In this document: positions 12,610 to 22,739 of the stretch, piece after piece | How positions within the stretch are numbered: position 1 is the first letter of the stretch | How the letters are laid out: the number at the start of each line of letters is the position of its first letter | NCBI GenBank assembly: GCA_001244265.2 | Contig: CDLV01000006.1 | Span: 248,001 to 312,000 of the forward strand | Reading direction: 5' to 3' | DNA length: 64,000 nt | Source: Microbotryum violaceum | Taxonomy: Eukaryota | The notes under the pieces: model-generated | Databases searched by the model: none | What the model was told of the DNA's origin: nothing | The model's input: the letters and a program-made list of their open reading frames with translations, nothing else | Translations under genes and position numbers: made by a program

Positions 12610-14140
12610 AGGACCCCAGAAAGCCCAGCCTGAGGCGCGTAGGTAAATCCGCCAGAACTTCCGATTTTGGACCTCATTTGTCCACCAATTTTTAGATTTT
12701 TCGGCCAAAAAGGTCCCCAAAATGTCCAGTCCATCTACGCGCGTCTAAAGATAGCTCTAGAATTGCTTCAAATGCTCTAAAACATCTTCAAAAATCGCGA
12801 AAACGCCGTCCGGACGTTTTTCGCCCGGACCGAATCGCCGGAGCCCACGCGCGTGTCAGCCATTTCTTCGCCGAGGGCTCCTCACCTGCACTTACTGCCT
12901 ACCTCTCTGACTATGATTTAACGTGGCCATGGTATACATGTAACGTACAACGAGAGGTAAGATCGATTGCAGTCACTCTGCGAAGCAGTAAGCTAGCTAC
13001 CGTGAGGTGTACGAACCAAGTCCAATCGACAGTTGTTCTTCTCCTATGTTGCTGGCACAACTGGCAGGTATCATTCGTTTCAATACAAAGCAGACAAGAG
13101 AGCCGATTTTCAAAGGCGTAGCTGACGTGACGTTTCCGTCGATCGACCCAAACGGTGGGATCTTGGCGAATGCCGTGTATTGCCTTGCTCGCAATTGCAT
13201 CCGTATCTGGGCAAGAATGGACATTATTGATGAGCAGTTCTTGGGCCATATGTGCAGAGCATAATTGCAGCTCACTTCTTTACGTCTGTCTTCGATGTAC
13301 CCTATGTTTTCCGTCTCGTTTGCGGTCGAAAAGCGACTGAAGGTCCCTTGTCCTGTCCAACGAATGGACCTCGCAACTCCTGACACGGCTTCGAGACGGG
13401 CTGCACCCATTGAATACACTAAGCCTCGGATGACACTGGAGTGCATTTCACCGTGCTTGGACAATTTTGCTTTTGATGTGGGATCGGAAACTTGGGAAGT
13501 CGAGGTGGTGGCGCCGTGCCTTCCCTTGAGTAGGACAGCTCTGAGATGGAAACATTGATGTGCCCGACGGTGCTGGATCAAGCGCAAGCTGACGAGATTC
13601 GTGACGCAGAAGGGATGGGAGCCGAATAATCTGAGCCTGTGAAAGAACGCTGGTTCCATTTAGTGTTGCTACACGAAACCAATTACTTAGATGAACCTAC
13701 ACTACCCGGCAAGCTTTCATTTGCTGTCACAATGACGTCGAGCAGGAAGCGTTCCTCTGCTTGAGCATCGGCCTCGTCATAGGCCTGCTGAACGGCAAGC
13801 CTAGAATCGGAAGAGATGAGTTATCAGCTCAAAGGAGGCTGGTACAGGTCTCATTACACTCAACTTACGGTGCAGTATCATTGTTAAGGCCAAGAGCAGC
13901 TAAGGAGCGAACAGCGTTTTCAACTGACTTCCGCTCTTTCGGGTCTAGCACGACGAGACCTTTCTCCAAGCCACGTTGTCCCTAGGAAAAGCACGAACAA
14001 TAATCCCAATCAACCACGGCATCGAACAGACGAACAATTTGGCTGCTTACCAACGAAATCGAGCAGCGTGTGCAAGAACGCACTACACCCGAGGATCATT
14101 GAGGGGCTATATTGCCTCAGGCCGGGCTTTCGGGGGTCCT
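12610..14140. mobile_element. Non-autonomous TIR DNA transposon, copy A (1531 bp)
   Basis: 27-bp TIR AGGACCCCAGAAAGCCCAGCCTGAGGC vs AGGACCCCCGAAAGCCCGGCCTGAGGC; 8-bp TSD CGCGTGGG at 12602-12609 and 14141-14148; internal coding relic 12997-13659 (-). Confidence 0.9.
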
Positions 14141-14293
14141 CGCGTGGGGTCACGATGAGGCGCGTCCCTCCGAGCGCCTTGAGCTTCGGTCCCCGGACAC
14201 GAATTGATTGTAAGGGCCCTCGTCAGCGAACTACTTTGCGCTCGCAGGACTGGAAGTGACGACCACACCAAGACTCGCTTGCTATCACGCCCG

Positions 14294-15922
14294 ATGTCGT
14301 CCGCCCGAGGGGCCAGTCCGAAAGGGTACCACAGCGCTGCACTCTGGACTTCACCTCGGCGCGACGGCTCCATCTCGAGCTCGTCCAAGGCTTCGAACAG
14401 CGACACAAGTTCGGCCAAAGCACCCTGTCCGCGCAAGGTGTACATGTCGCGGTCACTCACCTCCTTCATACGCTATTCTCTGCTCACTTTCGCCCTTCTC
14501 ATGGTGCTGCTTATCTTGTCCGACTCGCCCAGTCGTTTTCGCTTGCGCTTGGGCCGGCCGGCTTTCGTGCCATCAAAGCGTTTCCATCGACTAGGGGCCG
14601 GTCATTGGTCTCCACTGGCTCAACCATTTACGCACTCCGACACCCAAGAAGAGTACGGCGCCAGGGCGTTCGATCCGGCCTTTCCCAACAGGGTCGAAGA
14701 GATCGGCTTGTCGGTCGCGGGATGGAGATGGATACCGAAGCTGCGCTCGCGCAAAGGGATGCGAGAATGGAACGCGTATCTGTTCGTTAAGCGATTGCTC
14801 AACTCGGAACATGGCCTCATTATCGTCGGTGATGAAACCAGCCAGCAGATGATGACCGCCCTCGGTGGTTTGGTCGACCCGGAGGATGCGCAAACGCATC
14901 ACTCGAAAGTCGACTGGGGTGGCCTGCTGCGAGTCGCACGAGGCGGCTACTACATCGACCCCAAATCAAAGGGGGCTCCTTTCAGATACACTTCGATCCC
15001 CAACGAGACGGCCGAGATTACGATCTGGCGGTCGACTTGGCTCAAGCGGTTGCGGAGGGATTTGCCGCACGTGCCCGATTCACGATTTGAGGGACCGGTG
15101 GTGCGGTTTGTCAGGCACGATACATTGGTCAACATGACCCGAATCACCGAGCTCGCCAAAGCGATGCGCTTGAGTCCTGTGTTCCTTAAGGAGGGAACGA
15201 GCAAACGATTGCGTCAAACCAACTGGCGATCATTGTTGCACCCAATGTCAACGGATCCGACATGGCGGGGTCAGCAAAATTCCGTGCTGCTCTTCAACAG
15301 TGGATCTCACTGGAAGAGCGAAGAGTTCGGACTCAACGCCCAAGATCTGATTGATATCAGCCAAGCAATGGTGAGTCACGAATCGGGTTAGAGTCCAGTA
15401 TCATTCAAGGCGCCATGTTGGGCTGAGCCTCGTCCGCGCAGATCCGCGACCTCCTGTCCGAGCTGGTCGAGTTGCCCCGCTTCGATATCATCGGTCGGTC
15501 AACACCACTGGCGGCGCCAGGGTGCGCCTACCACGTTTCTCCGCTCGATTCATCCCCGCCGAGAGCGAGCGATTCGGACTTTTCGAACCGGGTGTGGCAA
15601 CCGCTCGACTTGCAAAACTCGTGGTGGGCGGCCGAGATGGACACGGTTGCGCGCAAGGGGAGGACGCGGGATAATTCAGGCTCGTTGGTCTACATGAACG
15701 TCACAGAGATGGCTGGACAGAGACCTGACGCTCGAGTGGTCGGGGCGTCCGATCTACCGGATTGTCTGCATGTGAGTCGAATCGCGCCGACGAAACTTTC
15801 ATATTGCCAATCTCCGCTGATCACGATGGCTCTCGTAGTGGACGCTACCCGGGGTACCTTCCGTTTGGCTGAGAATGTTGTGGCATATCATAAGCGGTGT
15901 CGATAATAGAACAGGCTCATGA
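14294..15922 (+). CDS. Type II membrane TBL/PC-esterase (SGNH-like) polysaccharide O-acetyltransferase-like protein, 3 exons
   Basis: N-terminal TM (YSLLTFALLMVLLIL), IIVGDETSQQM, LFNSGSHW and RPDARV..DCLH|WTLPG across intron 15772-15838, matching the TBL DCxHWCLPG motif. Second intron 15371-15440. Confidence 0.8.
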
Positions 15923-16539
15923 AATCAATCAACCGCACACTGCATCGCAGCCTTGAGCTTGAGCGACTCTAACGGCGCAGGCCTCGCCAGGTGCCCGAGG
16001 CGCACATTGTTACTTTCCTGAAAGAGGTATCCGCAACGCTTCTTGGTTCCAAATTGCAACAAGTGCCCCCCCCCCCCTTGGGTGACTTTGCGAGAGCCGG
16101 GAGCGAACACTCGTCGGACTAAAGGGTCGGAGGGCACTGGAGCTCGTCCCAGTGGCTGCTCCCGAGCGCTTATAAATACCGTACTAGCACGGCGATAGGT
16201 ATCCTAGAGAAGAAAAAGTCTTTCAGACAGTCTTCTCCTTTTCTGGGTCTCGCTTCATTTTTCAGATGTCACGGCTTGCAGAGGTACTTAGTACTATAAG
16301 ATGCTCGTCAGCTAAGCTGAGCTTGGTGGGATACCCTGAAAAGGCCTGGACTCAGCCAATGGCGATCGCTTCGGGTTATTGTCAGGATCACGCCTAAAGC
16401 TGGCCTGGCTGACCGGCTTGATCTGTTGAGTGGAAGCCGAAGAGGTTTCGGACTTGGGAGTAGCGACCGCTTGGGCTACTGGTGGAGCGTCGACGTGGCT
16501 ACGGTTGCGACGGACGGGCCAGGGGGAGAAGTCGTGAGG

Positions 16540-16586
16540 CGGCACGGACGCGGCACGGACGCGGCACGGACGCGGCACGGACGCGG
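16540..16586. repeat. 11-bp tandem repeat GGCACGGACGC x4
   Basis: Seen directly in the sequence. Confidence 0.9.
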
Positions 16587-17013
16587 TCTGACGAGACGGA
16601 CGCGGTGCGGCTGGACGATCTGTTCTCTACCGAGGATTAGCTGTCTGGCTAATGTTGGGAAGCGGTAGGTATGATTGCAACTAACCTGTTCGACTCCATC
16701 GTAAGAGCGCACTGCGAACCGAAATAGCTGGGATGGAGTCGGATTTGCAGCATAAGAACCAGGCATCCCGTAACAAACGGGATGGGTTGAAAATCTACCC
16801 ACGAGAGACCATAGATAAGAAAGTAAAGGAAAGAAATAGACCAACAAGGCTGTTTTTGTATTTATTTATTTTGAAGGGTGGGTGGGAGGAGACGAGGATA
16901 GAACGACTATGCTTGTAAAGCGCGATTCTATTAGTACTCGGAATACTGCAAAGACTCTGAGGACTATGGCATACCTATGCTTGTAAAGCGTGTCGCTTGG
17001 AGACAAGAAGACA

Positions 17014-17410
17014 GCAAAGGAAAACAGACCTCGGACGCTGGTACGTCGAGGTTGGGTCTGTGTAGCAAGGTAGCCAAGTCAGTCAACGCGTCCAACAAGG
17101 ACAGTCGAAAGCAGGAGTACCCTAAGGTAGAGCCTGAAAGGGGGTGATGTACCTCGGCTCTTTGAGCGAGACGCAGGCGAACAGGAGAGAGGCGCAGCAC
17201 TGGCAGGTGCAGGCAAAGGGAAAACAGACCTCGGACGCTGGCACGTCGAGGGTGGATCTGTGTAGCAGGGTAGCCAAGTCAGTCAACGTGTCCAACAAGG
17301 ACAGTCGAGAGTAGGAGTACCCTAAGGTAGAGCCTGAAGGTGGGTGATGTACCTCGGCTCTTTGAGCGAGACGCAGTCGAACCCGAAAGAGGCGCAGCAC
17401 TGGCAGGTGC
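17014..17410. repeat. Tandem duplication, 200-bp period, 2 copies
   Basis: AAAACAGACCTCGGACGCTGG at 17021 and 17221; the units remain alignable to ...CACTGGCAGGTGC. Confidence 0.9.
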
Positions 17411-17754
17411 GGGCGGACGGCTGCATACAAAGTATGGAGCGTCAGTCAACCATCCAACAAGGAGTGTTGAAAAAGAGAGGCGTACACAGTGGCAGCTGTT
17501 CGTCGTCAACTGGTAAGGCAGAAGACTGGAAGGCGGAAGCTGTACGGTGTCGCTGGGGGGTCCTGTGAGAAGCTCGGAACCTGTCAGCCAATTGGCGGCA
17601 GGAAGAGTTCAAGGAAGGCCACTGACCTTGGCAGGAGGTGGCAGAGGTACACAGCGATACTGGTACGGCAACGGCAAGCAGTGGGAACTGAAAGGTGCGG
17701 CAGGAGCTGGCTTGGTAAACTCTTGCGCAAGTGCGGCTTACAGACCAAGGCTCG

Positions 17755-17855
17755 AGGCAGGCGTGCGGCGCACGGCTTATTGCAAGAGGGGCAGGCGTGC
17801 GGCGCACGGCTTATTGCAAGAGGGGCAGGCGTGCGAGCACGGCTTACTGCAAGGA
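17755..17855. repeat. ~34-bp tandem repeat x3
   Basis: GGCAGGCGTGCGGCGCACGGCTTATTGCAAGAGG units, the third degenerate. Confidence 0.85.
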
Positions 17856-18882
17856 GGGTAGAGGTCGCGCGCGCTTGACTCCTCGGCGTCAAACTCTTGC
17901 AGCAAAAGCAGAAAAGACCATCTCTACCGAAGATTAGCTGTCTGGCTAATGTTGGGAAGCGGTAGAGAAGAGGAAGAAAGGCACAGGGGCGCGCGAGTCG
18001 GGTGAGGTTCTAGCAAGGGGCCGCGCTAAGACAAACTGGTCTAGCACAATGCGAAGCTTCAAGACCGAACTCCAAGTGGACCATCGAGGCTCTGAGGGGT
18101 GTCGTGTTGGACGACGTACACGAAGGGAAACTTATCTACCATGGTCGAGTGTTGGTGAGCTAGGCAATACGATCCAGGTTGCGACCGACGGGCGTCATGA
18201 ATGGGCGATACTCTGGATGGCCGATGAGACATGAGGACAGTGGCGGCAAGCTGGCGGTAGCTAGGCGGAGGCAACGGCTCAGCGAGACAGGAGAGGTAGA
18301 TCGACTAAGTCCCGATGTGGAGGCGGCGGCGCGCGAGCGTGAGTTGAACAGGCTGGCGCGGGCGCGAGACAAGGGGGCGGCTTGGCAGCGAGGACGAAAG
18401 GGGGGGCGGCTTAGCTGCGAAGACGAAAGGCGCCCGAGGTTGGAGTGTTCGAAGGCTTGTAGTAGAATGAAATTCAACATGATCGACCTGATCAGCGGGC
18501 GCCGTCGCGCACTCTCGCCCGAGGCCCGAGGCCCGAGGCATCCAGCAGGCTCGACGAGGCTCGAGCGCGCTCGCACGCTGTTATTGGCGTCGGTCGCACA
18601 GGTCAACTCTTCGCTTCATTCGATTTCCAGCCACGACAACTCGCTGCCGTCTGTGGCTACTTCGCCCAGCTGTTCCGGACTACCTATCTTGCCCGATCGC
18701 AGATCTACTGGTGCGACTCTTCAGATCCCAGGCAACTTGTTCGCTCTGCTACAACCCACCCGTGCGCAACCAGCTGCGCGTGGCCAGTCGCCGCCGGATT
18801 CCGTGGACCGCCCGGCCCAACACCGCTCGGACGGCCACGCCGAGCGTAACTTGTCACTTGACGAGGACCACCTTCCGCGGCA

Positions 18883-20076
18883 ATGAGTCGATTGGCTAGC
18901 CCTTCGAATCACAGTGGGCACATGTCGCCGTCTTCGAACGAGAGGGAAAAGGCTTACGATCTCGAAGACGGCGGCGACGACATGATGGTGCCCATCCGGA
19001 CGGGCTTGCCTGGCCGACAACGGTTGTGGCTAGTCGGTCCGCTCTCGGCCAGGATCAACCCGCTTCGAGTCGCCTTCGTGATCGGATCCCTTCTACTCGC
19101 CTGCATTGTTCTCCGACCCGCCCGCGTCCTGTCGGGACATCGGTGGTCGAGGGGACCGACGGCCCAGTGCGTGATCGTCATGCAGGGGGGATTCGAGAAC
19201 TCGGGATTGGGCGACTACATTGGTAGCTTTGCGCGCGTGCTGCTCGCGGCCAAACGACTCGGGTGTGTCTACGTCCCGCAACACGTCTGGTCCGAACATG
19301 GCTACATTGCCTCCAATATCATGCATCGTCAACCGCTCAACATCAAGATTGACTCGATCAAGACGTGCGATCTCTCGGACGTGCTCGACATCGATTACCT
19401 CCACGACCTCGAAGGCGTTGGGTGCGACGTCCCGCGCAAGCCGATGCACAAGTCATGCAACGTCATCTCGTACAACCCGCGAGGCCGGATCTTGACGGGC
19501 AACAAAATTCACTGTATCCAGGACGAGTGGAAAAAGGACTGGGAGGCCGTTCGCGGGCTGAACCACACGGTGACCCACACCCGGTGCGGACCCGAGAACT
19601 CGGCGGCGATCCATCATCGATACGGCGACGTCAGTCTCGAAGGGGATACGCGAGCACTGAACCGACGGGAACTGCAAGATTTGTATGACGTCGCAACCAA
19701 GGTCGCTGGGATCGAGCCGCATTGTGTTACGATCGTTGCCGAAGGGTACGAGAAGGATCAGATTGACTGGATCGATGGCCCGCACATCGTGGCCAGCACG
19801 ACCGACGCCTTCGAAGCAATCGACATCATGACGAGCGCCAAAGTCCTTGGCGTTTCTGCCAGCAGCTTTATGCCTATCATCCTTCCGGTGGCCAAAGCCG
19901 AGACCCTGATCATGCTCGAGCACCGACGATGCGATTTCGGGCTGGTCGCAAAGGATAACACTCGACAGTTGATCATCCGGGAGCGGCGAAATCGCCTGAA
20001 GGAGCATTTAGTTGGTGAAGACGAGCTGTACAAGGAGATGCCATTCAGGCAGGGGTGTTCGCATTACGTAGATTAG
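18883..20076 (+). CDS. Intronless type II membrane protein, fucosyltransferase-like (GT-B; GT11/GT23/NodZ-type motifs)
   Basis: 397-aa ORF with TM (VAFVIGSLLLACIVL), SGLGDYIGSF (cf. GLGNQ), AIHHRYGD (cf. HxRRGD GDP-Fuc motif) and MTSAKVLGVSASSF. Confidence 0.65.
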   Translation: MSRLASPSNHSGHMSPSSNEREKAYDLEDGGDDMMVPIRTGLPGRQRLWLVGPLSARINPLRVAFVIGSLLLACIVLRPARVLSGHRWSRGPTAQCVIVMQGGFENSGLGDYIGSFARVLLAAKRLGCVYVPQHVWSEHGYIASNIMHRQPLNIKIDSIKTCDLSDVLDIDYLHDLEGVGCDVPRKPMHKSCNVISYNPRGRILTGNKIHCIQDEWKKDWEAVRGLNHTVTHTRCGPENSAAIHHRYGDVSLEGDTRALNRRELQDLYDVATKVAGIEPHCVTIVAEGYEKDQIDWIDGPHIVASTTDAFEAIDIMTSAKVLGVSASSFMPIILPVAKAETLIMLEHRRCDFGLVAKDNTRQLIIRERRNRLKEHLVGEDELYKEMPFRQGCSHYVD

Positions 20077-20908
20077 CTCGCTGTCGGCGTCGATGAACGA
20101 AGTTTGGGCCCATTCACGCCTTAGAGACACTTGGCTGCCGTTCATGTTTGTACCACCTATTCTGTTATGCTATGCCATTATATACATGCGACACTCCTTT
20201 TCAGCTGACAGTCGGATATCAATAGTTGAATGTTTGAGCCGTATTCTGCTGCCACACCATTGCCGGCCTACGCTCGCCGAATCAACTTCAAGCCCTCAAA
20301 AATTGAGAGCAACAAGACACAGTGGCAAACAAGTAGCGTAGGTACAAGAAGAGTTGAGACGGGAAACTACCTCGTCGAGGGTTGGCGATAGCATAGACCT
20401 GCATGGACTGTAGGACTCATCGCCGATCGGAGCAGAACGTAATTGATCTCATATGCCTCAGACATCTGTGCCATGCGCCGTTTCTTGCACGTGATATGAG
20501 AGCAACGAAGATTCGAAGCAATGGCACTCACCACTGGCATCATGTCGCCTACTTGACTAGCATGAACTTCCAAAGTTTTGAAGCTTTGCGCAATATTGGA
20601 GACTCAACTCAAATAGTGAATGATTTATAACATGTGTGCCTGCAGTGCAGTGGTCTATGCTTTCCCGTATGTCGAGCCGCCACCCACGTGGCAAGTCGTG
20701 ACAAATAAAGACTGGGATCCGGTGCACGAGCCTCGGCCAACTCTGGACAACTCCGGATTACCCGGGACTGCAGCCGACTGCCTTGGAGTCTCCTGGAGTA
20801 GCCTGAAGTGCCTCTCGATCACGATGCAAACAGGCCTCCGGTGCTTACCCGCGCTTTCGGACTGCGCCCACAACGTGCTTCCTCACGAGCGACCGTGTGC
20901 CCGCCCAT

Positions 20909-22149
20909 ATGACGACAAGAGGGAATTATCTCCCACTTCAGATATCTGACCGCGATGTATCGAACCGAACCCAAGGCTTCACACGGCCGTACGCGAAGCA
21001 AGTAATCGTCGCAACAGCCCTCGTGTTGCTGCTGCTGTTCGGCCTGTCGAGGACGTCCTCACGTGGCATAGGCAGCACGCGACATCCCGTTAGCGATGAA
21101 AACAGCTACAACAGTACAACCAATGATATCGCATACGTACAGTCGGGGCACATGCATGACTGGCAAGCGATCGCGCTGCTGTACACGCGCTACTCACACC
21201 CTCACGCGACGATCCATCTGCTCCGGCATCCGTTTGACGGCCCGGCGGTGGACGACATCAAGGTCGATTGGCCCTCACTCTTCCGAGCCGCCGACGTGAC
21301 GGTAGTTTGGGTCGAGGAGAATACTGATTCGAACCGACAACTCGCGCACACGTACAAGCACTCGTCGCTGAACCCGGTCGCATACGAGTTGTTCTGCTTC
21401 CAGCGATGGGCAACGCTCTACCAATACCTGACCACGCAGAAGATAGACAGGTGCGATTGAAGATACATAGAAAGCGTGAATGCTCTTTCCTGTCTTGTCT
21501 TTGGGCTGACCTTTTGCGTGCCACATTCCCTAGTGTGCTCGTCTTGGACGCCGACATCTTCCCCATGACCAACATCCTCACGCGCTTCCCGTACAAGGAT
21601 TGGCTTCCAGAAGAGCGCGGCGTATACATGCAGTTCTGGTCTCGCGAAAGGATGGGCGCGTTCGTCTTCTACATTAACAGCTTCTACGATCGACCGGCAC
21701 GGTCCGTCTGCGCCGATCTCGATGCCATCGGGGGCATTTACGAAACGCCCATGTGGGACGACCAATGGGTCAAGAAGCAGCTCGTCGATTGCGGCGACCA
21801 GAGACCCAAACAAGTCAGCGATATGTTCCTGTTTGTCGAGTTTCAACGCGTCTACTCCATCACCCCCGTCATCAAGTACAAGCCAGAGAACCGTAGACTT
21901 CACGCCGCGGTCGGGCAACCGCACACCATGGGCGATGATGTGTGCGTCTCGCTCGAAAAGTTCAGGTCCCATGCGAACTGGATGACGGACGAGATGCAGG
22001 ACCGACGAATGCGTATCGAGGCGACCGAGGACGTGCTGTGGACCCTCCACATGCAGGGAGATTGCAAGGAGTGGACATGCGCAGTGTTCTGCCCGAAGCT
22101 AGAGCCAGCCCACCGTAAGCTAATGAATTGCTGCCGAAATGTCGCCTGA
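20909..22149 (+). CDS. Type II membrane putative GT-A glycosyltransferase, 2 exons
   Basis: TM VIVATALVLLLLFGL; YKHSSLNPVAYELFCFQRW; intron 21451-21533 joins to SVLVLDADIF (DxD). Confidence 0.65.
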
Positions 22150-22739
22150 TATTCGTTACATAGCCGGGTGTGATTGTAGAGTGTGATTGTGATGTACGAT
22201 TTTGAACGTTGACTTGGAGTGGGGGGGCCACAGCTTAGGAACCAAGCTCGAGAAGATTAAGAGGACAATACAAGTGCACAATAAAAGTACACGCAAAGCC
22301 AGCGTTCCTTCGACTCAAGAGCACCGGAAGGAGAAGTCTACACCCTGTGCTTCCCCCGTTGAAGACCCGAACTCGAAGATATCCGAACCAAGGAATGACG
22401 AGAGATCGACATCGAGCGCTGCCTGAGTCGACTTCTCGGCTGATCTTCGCGACGAAGCGCTAGCTTGAGTCGACGGTGCTTCCGAAGGGGCCAATTCCGA
22501 GGACGAGGTGGAGTAGGATTGCACGGGATGGAAAGGTGACGAGTATTGGTTTGTTCGGTGAAGGTTGAACGGTGTGCTGGTGCTGCGTGCGCGTTTGATG
22601 TTACCGATCGGCTCTTGGACGTGCGCGGCTGCGGCAGTGGCGACTTTGGCGAGTAGGAACCGTAAGAGTGCCGCGCCCTTCTTCGAAATGAGCTGCAATG
22701 TAGCAACACACGATGTAAGCCGGCGCTCGAGCTAGTATG

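Noticed and set aside
16250-16320. CTGACGAG...GAAA on the minus strand (also CTGACGAG at 16588 plus) as a hammerhead ribozyme
   Set aside because: Stem II and the flanking helices cannot be paired around the core.
18179-18886. 235-aa Arg-rich ORF
   Set aside because: Non-ATG start and composition typical of GC-rich non-coding frames.
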